Notes under the pieces: model-generated
Told to the model about the DNA's origin: nothing
The model's database searches: none
What the model saw: only the letters and a program-made list of their open reading frames with translations
Made by a program: the position numbers and the translations under genes
From: Planctomycetota bacterium
GTDB lineage: Bacteria; Planctomycetota; B15-G4
Direction of reading: 5' to 3'
Length of the DNA: 64,000 nt
Assembly: GCA_965248575.1 (NCBI GenBank)
Contig: CBDFJQ010000002.1
Span: forward strand, 160,001-224,000
Shown here: one piece after another, positions 47,419-57,510 of the stretch
Layout of the letters: each line of letters starts with the position of its first letter
Position numbering within the stretch: the stretch's first letter is position 1

Positions 47419-48414
47419 ATGGAAAAAGTCGCGGTTCTGGGTGACGGAGCGTGGGGATCTGCGCTCGCAACGGTGTTGGTGGAGCGCGGTGCGTCCGTGA
47501 TCCAGTGGGCACACTCGCAGCAAGTCGCCGAGGAGATGAACACCTTCCGTGAGAATCGGAGATACCTGCCGGGCTTCCCCATCCCCGAGGGCATCACCGT
47601 CTCGTCGGACCCTGGCTTCTTCGAGCACGCCGACCTGATCGTGAGCGTGGTGCCGAGCCGTTTCCTGCGGGACGTGCTGACTCAGCTGTCGGAGCATCTG
47701 CGCAAGGGCCGCCCGTTCATCTCTGCTACCAAGGGGCTTGAGGTGAAGGGAAACCTCAGGGCGTCACAGATCATCGCCGAGGTGGCGGGCCCGCGCCCGC
47801 TCGCCGTTCTCTCGGGCCCGTCCCACGCGGAAGAGGTGGCGGCGCGTATGCCCACCGCCGTCGTGGCGGCCTCGGAGGATCCAGGCTTCGCGCTGCGTGT
47901 CCAGGACCTCTTCACGACCGAACGCTTCCGGGTCTACACCTCCGAAGACATGGTGGGAGTGGAGTACGGCGGGGCACTCAAGAACGTCTTGTCCATTGCG
48001 GGCGGTCTCGTCGACGGCTTGGGCTTCGGTGACAACACGAAGGCAGCCCTGCTCACCCGTGGGCAGGCGGAGATGTCGCGACTGGGCGTTGCGCTGGGCG
48101 GACGGCTTGAGACGTTCAGCGGGCTCTCCGGCATCGGCGATCTGGTCGTGAGCTGCGTGAGCCCGCACGGCCGCAACCGTTCCGTGGGCGAGAAGATCGG
48201 TCAGGGGGCTTCCCTGGACGAGGTCTTGCCAACCATTCCCGGCGTGCCGGAAGGTGTGACGACGGTCCGCGCGGTGGTGGAGTTGGCAGACCAGCTCGGC
48301 ATCGACATGCCCATCTGCCGCGAGATCCACGACGTGCTGTTCAACAACAAGCCACCGTTGGATGCGGTGCGCGACCTGATGACGCGCCAGCAGAAGGACG
48401 AAGTCGCCATCTAG
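47419..48414 (+). CDS. gpsA: NAD(P)H-dependent glycerol-3-phosphate dehydrogenase
   Basis: GDGAWGSALA, ATKGLE, LSGPSHAEE, GGALKN, GDNTKAAL, GIGDL, RN. Confidence 0.96.
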   Translation: MEKVAVLGDGAWGSALATVLVERGASVIQWAHSQQVAEEMNTFRENRRYLPGFPIPEGITVSSDPGFFEHADLIVSVVPSRFLRDVLTQLSEHLRKGRPFISATKGLEVKGNLRASQIIAEVAGPRPLAVLSGPSHAEEVAARMPTAVVAASEDPGFALRVQDLFTTERFRVYTSEDMVGVEYGGALKNVLSIAGGLVDGLGFGDNTKAALLTRGQAEMSRLGVALGGRLETFSGLSGIGDLVVSCVSPHGRNRSVGEKIGQGASLDEVLPTIPGVPEGVTTVRAVVELADQLGIDMPICREIHDVLFNNKPPLDAVRDLMTRQQKDEVAI

Positions 48415-48430
48415 GCCGCGGCTTCGCGTG

Positions 48431-50335
48431 CTAGGCCTGCTTCGACGGGTGGGGGCTCTTGAGCCACAGCTCGAAGGCGCTGGCCTGCTCATCGGTCAGC
48501 GTTTCCAGCGGGACCAGTTTCCAATTCTCGAGCCGACGCCGTTCAGGCGTCACGCGCAAGGTGCGCAGGGATTGTCCGCGGAAGAAGCTGATCTCGACCT
48601 CGCCCGGCCCGGCCCGGTCGAGCCGATCCTGGAGGTTGCCGGATGAGGCGCGGGTGCCGTTGATGGCGAGGATCAGGTCGGCGTGATTCAGGCCCGCCTT
48701 CCATGCGGGGCCACCTTCCACGACTTTGTCCACGCGACAGAGTCCGCCGCTGTTCGAGGTCGAGGCGCCCAACCAGGCCTCAAGGGCGAAGCCTTCCTCG
48801 TCCAAGTCGAGGGGACGTTCAGTGCTTTCTGGCTTCGCCTCCAGCTTCATCCCCACCCAACGCAGATCGTCATTGGGCTGGAGCGGGACCGTGCCATGGA
48901 TGTAGTCGCTGAAGAAGGGGCCGAGATCGTCGCCGGCGATCTCGCTCGCCAACTCCTGCATGGCACCTTCCGGGAAGCCGACACCCTTCGTCGTGTAGCG
49001 ATCCCAGCCGAGGCGCAGCACGTCCGCGATGGTGCGCTGGCCACTTGTCAGCCGACGGATACGCAGGTCGAGCATGAGCGACACCAGGGCGCCCTTGGAG
49101 TAGTAGGAGATGCTGCTGTTGGCGCTGTTCTCGTCGGGGCGGTACAGCTTGATCCACGCGCTGTGGCTTGAGTCCGCCATGCTCATGCGTTTGGAGCCGG
49201 GGCGTTCCGCTTCCTTGCGGAAGGCCTCGGCGCGTTCATCCAGGTAGCGCGACGTCTTGTCGTAGAAGCCGGCGCGCAGCGTCGACAGGTCGTCGAGATA
49301 GCTGGTGATGCCCTCGGCGACCCAGAGATCGCGGGTGTACACCTCACGCTCGTAGTCGAATGGGCCGAGTGCTTCGGGCCTGAAACGCTTCACGTTCCAG
49401 GCGTGGAAGTATTCATGAGCAATCAGGGACAGGAAGCCACGGTACTTGTCCGGTTTCGTCACCTCCCAACGATTCGTCATGCACACGCTGGAGTTGAGGT
49501 GTTCCAGCCCGCCGCCACCCGAATCCACCATGGACATGATGAACGTGTAGTCATCGAAGGGCATCTGGCCGAAGACGCTCGCCACTTCCGCCACGATCTT
49601 CGCGATGTCCTGCTTGAGCTGGACCTGATCCAGGTGGCTTCGGCCTGCCAGGACAACCCGGTGCGGCACGCCGTCATGCTCGAATTGAAAGGTTTCGTGA
49701 GGGCCTACTTCGAGAGGGCTGTCCACGAGGATGTCGAAGGAGGACGCAGTCCAGCTGCCGTCGCTGTGGGGCAGCCCGGTGAAGACGCTCCACCCCTGCG
49801 GGCATTCGACGCTCAGCTGGTGGGCCGCTTCGGGGCGATCGGAGACCTGGAAGAACAGGCCTGCCGGAGAGAGGAATGCATGCTCGGCGTTCACTTCGCT
49901 GGTACGGACCGACAATTCGTTGGCATAGACCGTGTAGCTGACGGTGAGGCTCGACGCACCCGCTGTCTCGACGCGCCAGGTGTTCTTGTCGACCTTGCTG
50001 ACGGCCAGGGATGTTCCTTCGCCGTCGCGGGCCGAGAAGTCCAGGACGTTCCGCGCGAACTCGCGCACGAGGTAGCTGCCAGGCGTCCAGACGGGCATGG
50101 AGAACTCGACGACATCGGCCGACACGTCCCGCAGGTTCGTTTCGAGGTGGACCAGGTGTGCGTGACGATCAGAGAGGCTGATGTGGGTGCGGACCATGGC
50201 AGCGGGACCTTGGTGTGTCGGTTGGGGCGGGAGAGCGCGGGCGGCCTGGGCGGGAGCAACCGATGCAAGGGCGGTCAACAAGAGGGCCATCAGGCCCAGC
50301 AGGGCGCGCCACGGCTGGAAAGTCAGCTGGAGCAA
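48431..50335 (-). CDS. M61 family metallopeptidase (glycyl aminopeptidase-like) with PDZ domain
   Basis: MPVWTPGSY, LVDSPLE, GGGLEH, HEYFHAWNVKR, LWVAEG.TSY, SYYSKG, PDZ; start uncertain (alternative ATG 50290). Confidence 0.92.
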   Translation of the reverse strand: MLQLTFQPWRALLGLMALLLTALASVAPAQAARALPPQPTHQGPAAMVRTHISLSDRHAHLVHLETNLRDVSADVVEFSMPVWTPGSYLVREFARNVLDFSARDGEGTSLAVSKVDKNTWRVETAGASSLTVSYTVYANELSVRTSEVNAEHAFLSPAGLFFQVSDRPEAAHQLSVECPQGWSVFTGLPHSDGSWTASSFDILVDSPLEVGPHETFQFEHDGVPHRVVLAGRSHLDQVQLKQDIAKIVAEVASVFGQMPFDDYTFIMSMVDSGGGGLEHLNSSVCMTNRWEVTKPDKYRGFLSLIAHEYFHAWNVKRFRPEALGPFDYEREVYTRDLWVAEGITSYLDDLSTLRAGFYDKTSRYLDERAEAFRKEAERPGSKRMSMADSSHSAWIKLYRPDENSANSSISYYSKGALVSLMLDLRIRRLTSGQRTIADVLRLGWDRYTTKGVGFPEGAMQELASEIAGDDLGPFFSDYIHGTVPLQPNDDLRWVGMKLEAKPESTERPLDLDEEGFALEAWLGASTSNSGGLCRVDKVVEGGPAWKAGLNHADLILAINGTRASSGNLQDRLDRAGPGEVEISFFRGQSLRTLRVTPERRRLENWKLVPLETLTDEQASAFELWLKSPHPSKQA

Positions 50336-50486
50336 GGGAGATCCCTTTGGGGCGAGGGTCTGGCGGTCGGGCCCGGTCGTCTGTCGACTGTCGAGCCAGC
50401 AGACGCGAATCGGCAATGCTGCCTCGGACAATAGGCTCTCGTCACGGGATGCCGCAAGCTGGGCGACCCACCCCATGGCTGAGGCG

Positions 50487-50909
50487 TCAGTCGACGAGGG
50501 CTTCCAGGACCTCGCGGATGTCGTCAGGGAAAGGCAAGGTCTCGAAGCTGTCGAGGTCGATGGCAACGATGGTGCCGAGCGCTTCCACGGAGGGTTCGGT
50601 GGCATCGCCATTGAAGCCCCGATATCGAAGTGTTGCCGACTTCGTCCCGAGCTTGGCGGTGTCTACCCGCAGGCGCATGGGCTCTCCGAAACGGAAGGGC
50701 TTCTTGAATTCGGTCTGGATGCTCACCGTGGGAAAACCGAGGCGCCGATCCTTCAGGATGGACATGTAGGGCACGCCGAGCCGGTCGCCGAACATGTCCT
50801 CGAAGGCCGCGTGGAAGTTGTCGAAGAAACGGGGGTAGAACATGATCCCTGCGTAATCGACCTGCCCAAAGCGCACGGTGAGAGTTGTTTCGTAGGCGCC
50901 CAACGTCAC
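50487..50909 (-). CDS. Acyl-CoA thioesterase (4HBT/hot-dog fold)
   Basis: VRFGQVDYAGIMFYPRFF; GAGGAGGT RBS before the GTG. Confidence 0.88.
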   Translation of the reverse strand: MTLGAYETTLTVRFGQVDYAGIMFYPRFFDNFHAAFEDMFGDRLGVPYMSILKDRRLGFPTVSIQTEFKKPFRFGEPMRLRVDTAKLGTKSATLRYRGFNGDATEPSVEALGTIVAIDLDSFETLPFPDDIREVLEALVD

Positions 50910-51011
50910 GACCTCCTCAAGAATCGGTTCATCCTGCAACGTGCTGCTCTGCGGACCACAAGCTCTTGCTGCGAGGACACCGTCACGGATCCAACTTGCT
51001 GCCGGAGCCCC

Positions 51012-52865
51012 CTAGGACGGTAGCTGGGTCTGCTCGCGGTTCAACTCTGTCTTGATGGCCGCTCCGATGGCCTGATCGGCGAGGGCCTGGGTCTTGTCAC
51101 CGAAGGTCTCGCAAGCCGCGCGCAGCCCTGGGACGTCCTCGTCCTTCGCGAGCTGATCCAATTGCGCGAGGTCCGCCTCGAGCTCGGCGCGCTGATCGGC
51201 CGTGAAGGGCATCTCGGGCATGGCCAGGACGCGCCGGGTTCCGGTCGCCAGGTTGTGGGCCTTGTTCTTGAGCTCCACGAGGTCCCGGGCTGCGAAGTCG
51301 TGGTGGGCCATCTTGATGGAGTCGCGGATGATGTCCTTGACCTCGTCACGCGTCAGGCCATGGCTCGGCACCACATCAATGGAGGCCTCGGCTTCGCTGC
51401 GTTGCTCCCGGGCCGTCACCGTCAGCACGCCGTCTGCGTCCACCAGGAAGGTGACCTCGACTCTCGGAAGGCCTGCCGGCATGGGGGGGATGCCGCGTAG
51501 CTTGAAGGAGCCCAGTTGGCGGCAGTCGCGAACGAGTTCCCGCTCACCCTGAAACACGTTGATCTCGATTGCGGTCTGGTTGTCCACAGACGTCGAGAAC
51601 ATCTCGGTGGCGCGTGCGGGGACCGTCGAGTTGCGAGTGACCAGCTTGGCAAATGCTCCACCCACGGTCTCGATGCCGAGTGAGAGTGGAATGACATCGA
51701 GCAGCAGCAGGTCGGTGGTGCCACCTGAGAGGATGTCCGCTTGGATGGCGGCGCCGAGCGCCACCACCCGGTCGGGGTCCAGCTCCACATGGGGTTTGCG
51801 CTCGAACAACTCCTCCACCAGCGCGCGCACGACGGGGATACGTGTCGAGCCGCCCACCATCACGACCTCGTCAACGCTACCGGGCGTGAGGCCGGCGTCC
51901 TTGAGAGCGGCGGTGCAGCAGGCCAGGGTCTCATCGATGCGCGGCCGGATGGCGTCCTCGAGCTCCTGACGAGTCAACGTGAAGCGGATGGGCTCGTCGA
52001 GGCCCAGGTCGATCTCGAGCGACGCCTGCTCGGATTCGGAGAGTTGTCGCTTCAGGGCCTCTGCCGAGAGGCGGATCTGCTGCAGCGCCTCGGCGGGGAT
52101 GGTCGCACTCGCCGACACGTGCTCGGCCACCGTGTCGAGGATGCGATCCATGATGGTCAGGTCGAAGTCGTCGCCGCCGAGGTGCGTGTTCCCGGCGGTC
52201 GCAGCCACCTTGTAGACGCCCTGGGTGATCTTCAGGACCGAGACATCAAATGTGCCACCCCCGAGGTCGTAGACCACGACGGTGCCTTCCCGGTTGGTGT
52301 CGAGGCCGTAGGCCAGCGCCGCTGCTGTGGGCTCGTTCACGATGCGCAGCGCCTTGAGGCCGGCGATCTTGGCAGCGTCTCGCGTGGCCTGTCGCTGGGC
52401 GTCGTCGAAGTAGGCGGGCACGGTGATCACCGCGGAGTGTACTTCGTGACCCAGGCTCTCTTCGGCGACACGGCGCACCTCGGCGAGAATCAGGGCCGAG
52501 AGCTCCTGTGGCGTGTAGAGCCTGTCCTCGACGCGGACGCGAGCCATGGGAGAGTCTGGCGTGGACTCGAGCGTGTATCCCAACCGCCCGGCTTCTCGTG
52601 CCTGAACCTCGTCGAGGTTCTGGCCCATGAGGCGCTTCACGCTGTGCACCGTGTATGCGGGGTGGGTGACGGCCCTGGCCCGCGCCTCCGAACCCACGAT
52701 GTGGGTGCCATCCTCCAGGAAGGAGACGACCGAGGGGATGAGAGCATCGCCGTTGCTACGGTTCAGGATGCGCGGCCCGTCCTTGCCCACGAGAGCTGCG
52801 AGGGAATTGGTGGTGCCGAGGTCGATGCCGATGACGATGTCGTCGGTGGCCGGTGTCCCGCTCAT
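51012..52865 (-). CDS. hscA: Fe-S assembly chaperone HscA (Hsp70)
   Basis: [46 protein letters not shown]; follows hscB in the isc operon. Confidence 0.92.
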   Translation of the reverse strand: MSGTPATDDIVIGIDLGTTNSLAALVGKDGPRILNRSNGDALIPSVVSFLEDGTHIVGSEARARAVTHPAYTVHSVKRLMGQNLDEVQAREAGRLGYTLESTPDSPMARVRVEDRLYTPQELSALILAEVRRVAEESLGHEVHSAVITVPAYFDDAQRQATRDAAKIAGLKALRIVNEPTAAALAYGLDTNREGTVVVYDLGGGTFDVSVLKITQGVYKVAATAGNTHLGGDDFDLTIMDRILDTVAEHVSASATIPAEALQQIRLSAEALKRQLSESEQASLEIDLGLDEPIRFTLTRQELEDAIRPRIDETLACCTAALKDAGLTPGSVDEVVMVGGSTRIPVVRALVEELFERKPHVELDPDRVVALGAAIQADILSGGTTDLLLLDVIPLSLGIETVGGAFAKLVTRNSTVPARATEMFSTSVDNQTAIEINVFQGERELVRDCRQLGSFKLRGIPPMPAGLPRVEVTFLVDADGVLTVTAREQRSEAEASIDVVPSHGLTRDEVKDIIRDSIKMAHHDFAARDLVELKNKAHNLATGTRRVLAMPEMPFTADQRAELEADLAQLDQLAKDEDVPGLRAACETFGDKTQALADQAIGAAIKTELNREQTQLPS

Positions 52866-53569
52866 CGTGCGTGTTCCGTGTCGTTGAGGATCCTGCGATA
52901 GACCCGTGCCTGGTGGAGCAGCACGGCGATCTGTTCCGTGTTCCATTCGTGCGGGCTGATCATCGGTCGGGGGAGGTTGCTTCCCTCGGCCTCCCGCTGA
53001 TCTTCCCGGGCAATGCGTTGGATGGTGGCGGCGCACTGGGTGGCCACCCCCTCCATGCGTTCTTCGATTTCGACGCGCGCTGTATCGGCGATGCGTTTCA
53101 GGGTGTCCCGGCAGCCGATGCTGCGCGCATCATCGAGCTCTTCGGAGACCTCCATGGCCTCCATCAGGAACTCAGGCGAGAGGGTCTTGTGCCTTTCCAG
53201 GGAGCCGGGTGCATGTAACTCCAACAGGTACTCGGCCCGCAGCTGATCATCCGTCATCGTGCGCCAGGCCTCGTTCAGCAAGGCGCTGTTCTTCAGTGCC
53301 AGTTGCTTGACCTCATCCGTCGCGGCTGTCTGGAAGTCCGGGTGCAGCAGTCGCGACAGCTTCAGGTAGTGGCGCTCGGCCAGGTCCGCATCAAAGGCTT
53401 CGAGCGGGCTGAGCGCGAGTCTGCGGAAGTGGTCGGCGGCCGAGCCCGCGACGACGGAGTGCTCCTCCAGGATGAGGCCGCACGCGAAGCAGGCCAAGCT
53501 GGAGCTTGGATCCGCCGAACAGCGTGGGCACTGGATGAGGTCAGATGGAGAAGGAGGATCCGCAACCAC
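52862..53569 (-). CDS. hscB: Co-chaperone HscB with N-terminal tetracysteine domain
   Basis: CPRC...CFAC, J-domain LHPD, NEAW.T...RAEYLL, PEFLME.ME. Confidence 0.9.
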   Translation of the reverse strand: MVADPPSPSDLIQCPRCSADPSSSLACFACGLILEEHSVVAGSAADHFRRLALSPLEAFDADLAERHYLKLSRLLHPDFQTAATDEVKQLALKNSALLNEAWRTMTDDQLRAEYLLELHAPGSLERHKTLSPEFLMEAMEVSEELDDARSIGCRDTLKRIADTARVEIEERMEGVATQCAATIQRIAREDQREAEGSNLPRPMISPHEWNTEQIAVLLHQARVYRRILNDTEHAR

Positions 53570-53909
53570 AAGTGCCGCTCGCCATGGGGTTCTTGAATGT
53601 GAATCCGCGGTCCATGAGCGTGTCGTTGAAGTCGATGGTGGTGCCCGCCATGTAGAACTCGCTCTTCATGTCGATCACCACTCGAATCTCGTGCTGCATG
53701 GAGACGATGTCGAATTCATCGGCTTCGTTGGTCTCGATGTCGATCTGATACTCGAAGCCGGAGCAGCCGCCTCCCTTGACGGAGAGGCGCATGGCTGTTT
53801 CTTCGGGTAGCCCCTTCTGGGCGACCACGTGCGTGAACTCCTTGGCCGCCGCTGCCGTGATCGCGAGCGTGTCTTCGGCGGAATCCGTTTCGGTGTCTGA
53901 GGCACTCAT
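53541..53909 (-). CDS. iscA: Fe-S cluster assembly protein IscA
   Basis: GGGCSGFEY, CGCGSSF; lies between iscU and hscB. Confidence 0.93.
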   Translation of the reverse strand: MSASDTETDSAEDTLAITAAAAKEFTHVVAQKGLPEETAMRLSVKGGGCSGFEYQIDIETNEADEFDIVSMQHEIRVVIDMKSEFYMAGTTIDFNDTLMDRGFTFKNPMASGTCGCGSSFSI

Positions 53910-53913
53910 CGTG

Positions 53914-54321
53914 TCAGCTTTCCGTGTCAGCCCCGCCATCGGGCGCCTGCTTCGACCGGTAGTCGGTCAGGGCGGCACGGATGGCGTCTTCGGCGAGAAC
54001 CGAACAGTGGATCTTCACGGGTGGGAGCGAGAGCTCCTCGACGATGTCGGTGTTCTTGATGCTCAACGCTTCGTCGACCGTCTTGCCCTTCACCCATTCC
54101 GTCGCCAGGCTCGACGAGGCAATGGCGGAACCGCAGCCGAAGGTCTTGAACTTGGCATCTTCAATCACGCCGTCGTCGTTCACCTTGATCTGCAGCTTCA
54201 TGACGTCTCCGCACTCGGGGGCACCGACGACGCCGGTGCCCACATCCTTGGCGGCCTTGTCGAGGCTGCCAACGTTGCGCGGGTTTTCGTAATGGTCCAA
54301 GACCTTGTCGCTGTAGGCCAT
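53914..54321 (-). CDS. iscU: Fe-S scaffold IscU
   Basis: MAYSDKVLDHYENPRNVG, CGDVM, FGCGSAIASSS, LPPVKIHCS. Confidence 0.98.
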   Translation of the reverse strand: MAYSDKVLDHYENPRNVGSLDKAAKDVGTGVVGAPECGDVMKLQIKVNDDGVIEDAKFKTFGCGSAIASSSLATEWVKGKTVDEALSIKNTDIVEELSLPPVKIHCSVLAEDAIRAALTDYRSKQAPDGGADTES

Positions 54322-54382
54322 GGGGACCTCCTGTATCTATGAGTGTGCGTGAGGGGAGAGGAAGGGTCTGGGGGTGGGCGCC

Positions 54383-55603
54383 TTAATGGGCGTCCCAGTT
54401 GACGCTGGAGAGGTCGATGCCCTCTTGCGCCATTTCGTAGAGGGGTGACATGTCGCGCAACTTGCGAACGGTCTTGATGACCGTTTCGGCGGCGGCGTCG
54501 ACTTCTTCGACGGTGGAGAAGCGACCCACGGAGAAGCGGATCGATGAGTGGGCGAGATCATCACCGACGCCGAGCGCCCGCAGCACGTAGGACGGCTCCA
54601 GGCTGGCGGAGGTGCATGCGGAGCCCGAGGACACCGCGATCTCAGGGATGCCCATGATGAGCGATTCGCCTTCAACATAGGCGAAGGAGATGTTGAAGGT
54701 CGTCGGCAGACGGTGGACCTCGTGGCCGTTCAGCTCCACGTGGTCCAGAGCGCCGCGGATCTTCTGCTCAAGGCGGACGCGCAGGGCGTTGTAGTGGGCC
54801 TGGTCCTTCTCGAAGTCCAGCTTGGCGAAGTGGCAGGCCGCGCCGAGCCCGACGATGCCGGGCACGTTCAGGGTTCCGGAGCGCATTCCGCGCTCGTGGC
54901 CGCCGCCATGCATCTGGGGGGAGAGTCGCACGCGAGGGTTCCTGCGGCGCACGTAGAGGGCGCCGACTCCCTTGGGGCCGTACATCTTGTGAGCCGAGAG
55001 GCTCACCATGTCGACGTTCAACTCGTTCACATCGAACGGCATCTTCGCGACCGCCTGGGTCGCGTCCGTGTGGAACCAGATGCCCTTCTCCCGCGCGATG
55101 ACGCCGATCTCCTGAATGGGGTGGAGGGTGCCGATCTCGTTGTTCGCTGCCATGAGCGTGATGAGCACCGTGTCCGGGCGAATGGCTGCAGCCACCTGCT
55201 CCGGGGTGACACGGCCCGTCTTGTCGACCTCCAACCAGGTCACCTCAGCGAGGCCCTTGCTCTCGAGGTAGCGGCAGGAGTCGATGACGGCCTTGTGCTC
55301 CGTGACACAGGTGATGACGTGCTTGCCCTTCTTGGCCAGCATCTCCACCGTGCCCTTGATGGCGAGGTTGTCGGACTCCGTGGCCCCGCTCGTGAAGATG
55401 ATCTCCTTCTCGTTCGCACCGAGCAGGTCGGCGACCTGCTGCCGTGCGATCTTGACGGCCTCTTCTGCTGTCCAGCCAAAGCTATGCGTGCGACTGGCTG
55501 CGTTGCCGAAGTTCTCGCGAAGGAAGGGCAACATGGTGTCGAGTACGCGCGGGTCCATGGGCGTGGTCGCGTTGTAGTCGAGATAGACGTGCTTGCTGGA
55601 CAT
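54383..55603 (-). CDS. iscS: Cysteine desulfurase IscS
   Basis: [40 protein letters not shown]. Confidence 0.97.
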   Translation of the reverse strand: MSSKHVYLDYNATTPMDPRVLDTMLPFLRENFGNAASRTHSFGWTAEEAVKIARQQVADLLGANEKEIIFTSGATESDNLAIKGTVEMLAKKGKHVITCVTEHKAVIDSCRYLESKGLAEVTWLEVDKTGRVTPEQVAAAIRPDTVLITLMAANNEIGTLHPIQEIGVIAREKGIWFHTDATQAVAKMPFDVNELNVDMVSLSAHKMYGPKGVGALYVRRRNPRVRLSPQMHGGGHERGMRSGTLNVPGIVGLGAACHFAKLDFEKDQAHYNALRVRLEQKIRGALDHVELNGHEVHRLPTTFNISFAYVEGESLIMGIPEIAVSSGSACTSASLEPSYVLRALGVGDDLAHSSIRFSVGRFSTVEEVDAAAETVIKTVRKLRDMSPLYEMAQEGIDLSSVNWDAH

Positions 55604-55607
55604 GGAT

Positions 55608-56069
55608 TCAGTGCTTCGCAGGGATGGAGTGCAGCTTGTTTTGATTCTCGTCCAGCAGTGCAACAAGGCTCGTGCTGTCGAGGAGATGAAGGATCTTCTG
55701 GTTGACCGCCTGCATGGGGCTGCGAGAGCCGCAGACATCTTCGTAATCACACTGCTCTTGCGAGCTCGGGAGACCGCCGATGCCCTCGAGCGCGCAGTCG
55801 GTGAGCTGGACGGGGCCGTCGATGGCCTTGAGGATGTCCAGCAGCGAGATGCTCTCGGGGGAGCGGATCATGTGGTAGCCGCCATGCAATCCTCGGCGGG
55901 AGCCCAGGAAGCCGGCCTCCCGAAAGGCCTTGAGCAGGTTCGCCACCACCGTCTTGGGCATGTGGAACGCCTCTGCCAACTCGGAGGCGCTGGCCAGGAG
56001 ATCCGCATTCCGGGCGAAGTGGCCCAGAACAAGGACGCCATAGTCAGCCATCTTCGAGAAACGGATCAT
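55608..56069 (-). CDS. Rrf2-family Fe-S cluster assembly regulator (IscR/SUF-regulator-like)
   Basis: [17 protein letters not shown], three Cys (TDC...QC....C); first gene of the isc operon. Confidence 0.9.
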   Translation of the reverse strand: MIRFSKMADYGVLVLGHFARNADLLASASELAEAFHMPKTVVANLLKAFREAGFLGSRRGLHGGYHMIRSPESISLLDILKAIDGPVQLTDCALEGIGGLPSSQEQCDYEDVCGSRSPMQAVNQKILHLLDSTSLVALLDENQNKLHSIPAKH

Positions 56070-56234
56070 GAGGAGCCGGGGTGGGGGGCGGTTCGAGGTC
56101 AGGGGTGTCGATGAAAACGGGGGGCTGCCGGCCTTTGGCACCCGAATCCGGGTGAGCTGGCGTGTCGGAGGCACCGCAATTCCAGCGCTTTCCGGCAGGT
56201 CGCTAGATAATAGCTGTGAATCGCTCCTGTATCC

Positions 56235-56272
56235 ATCGAAAAAAGAGGACTCCAACCGTACTGTTTTGCGAT
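56235..56272. promoter_or_regulatory. Candidate Rrf2 operator (imperfect palindrome)
   Basis: AAAAGAGGAC-N7-GTACTGTTTT (8/10 symmetric), flanked by ATCG/CGAT, in an AT-rich divergent promoter region. Confidence 0.55.
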
Positions 56273-56398
56273 TCGGCTCCATGAGAGGGCGGAGGCAATC
56301 GCTGGCAGCTGGCACTGGGAGGGGGGCCTTCTGTCTTGGCCTCTTGTCCCTACAATGCCGCACCTTCACTGGAACCCACGTCACGGATCTGGACCGCC

Positions 56399-56887
56399 AT
56401 GAGTCATCAGAAAGCGCCGCGCAAGCCGGGAGCAGCCCTCACGATCGAGGGTGTCTGCGACCGTCCCACCGCCTTCGGCCATTACGACCTGAGCATCCTG
56501 CACAGCGACTATCAGGTGGAGGACGTCTCGAAGGTTGACTCCAAGCTGAAGGGCAAGGCCGTGCGCCTCCGCTCGTTGATCGATGCCGTGAGCCCCGGCT
56601 TCTATGCCCGCTTCATCACCATCGAATCTGAGGATGGGACGTTTTCGGCATCGCTGCCTCTGAAGGAGACCAGCCAGACGGCCTTGGTGATCTACGAGCT
56701 CAAGGGAAAGCCTCTGGATCGAAGCGAGGGGGGGCCTGTGCGCTTCGTGATCCCGTTCTTCGGCGACAAGTGCGCCAACGTCAAGGGCGCCGTGAAGATG
56801 ACGATCAGCGAGGCCCCTGGCCGGGATACCCGGCCCTCGAACGCCAAGGAGCATTCGGCGATTCACGCGACGGAAAAGAAGGACTGA
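56399..56887 (+). CDS. Small molybdopterin-oxidoreductase-like (Oxidored_molyb) domain protein
   Basis: LTIEG.CDRP..F, L.SLI, S.DG.FSASLPL, Y...GKPL...GGPVRFVIP, NVK. Confidence 0.72.
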   Translation: MSHQKAPRKPGAALTIEGVCDRPTAFGHYDLSILHSDYQVEDVSKVDSKLKGKAVRLRSLIDAVSPGFYARFITIESEDGTFSASLPLKETSQTALVIYELKGKPLDRSEGGPVRFVIPFFGDKCANVKGAVKMTISEAPGRDTRPSNAKEHSAIHATEKKD

Positions 56888-56971
56888 GCTGAGCCCTGAA
56901 TCCGGGCGCCCGCCCTGGGGGCGGAGTCCGGACTCCGTGCGTCGAGCGCAGAGGAGGCACAGGCGGCCGAC

Positions 56972-57006
56972 GGTTCCCTGGAGTCCTAGGAGGACTCCGA
57001 GGAATC
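56972..57006. terminator. Hairpin between convergent genes
   Basis: GGAGTCCT-AGG-AGGACTCC perfect 8-bp stem with outer GGTTCC/GGAATC. Confidence 0.5.
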
Positions 57007-57023
57007 GCGCTCGCCTGGCGACG

Positions 57024-57374
57024 CTACTTCAGGAGGCCCTTCCAGGTGTCGTCCTGGAAGCCCACCACCAGCGTCTTGCCTAGGCGGATGGACGGCGCCC
57101 GCAAGTTGCCTGTGGGGCCAAGGATCGCCTCGAGAAGCTCCTTCTCTGGAGGCGGATCCCGCTTGAGATCGTAGTTCAGGACCTTCTTGCCCTTGATGGC
57201 CACGACCTTTGCGGTCTTGCGTAGCAGCGCGATGGTCTCGCGCTTCGCAAATGTCTCTTTACGAGCATCAACCACCGCACGGGTGGTTACGCCGGCCGAT
57301 TCCATGAAGGCATCGGCGCGGCTGCAGCTCGTTCAGCCCTTGCGGTGGTAGTACCAGTCGATCCGCCGACCCAT
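57024..57374 (-). CDS. ArsC-like (thioredoxin fold) selenoprotein; in-frame UGA at 57335-57333 (U-T-S-C)
   Basis: ATG 57374 gives MGRRIDWYYHRKG-U-TSCSRADAF, in frame with the 93-aa track ORF ending LGPTGNLRAPSIRLGKTLVVGF; GGAG RBS; hairpin 57291-57322. Confidence 0.88.
57291..57322 (-). promoter_or_regulatory. Candidate bacterial SECIS element
   Basis: GCCG-C-GCCGAU...AUCGGC-CGGC stem starting 10 nt 3' of the UGA. Confidence 0.55.
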
Positions 57375-57510
57375 GGAACGCTCCGAGAATTGAAGAGGCG
57401 GGATTCTACCTATCCCAGAGCCCAGGCTGAACCGGCTTGCCCAGTCGAGTGGCGGACTTTCTGGCAATCCTGGTCTGCTGGGCCCCGCTCAGACCAGCTT
57501 CGCGACGTGC

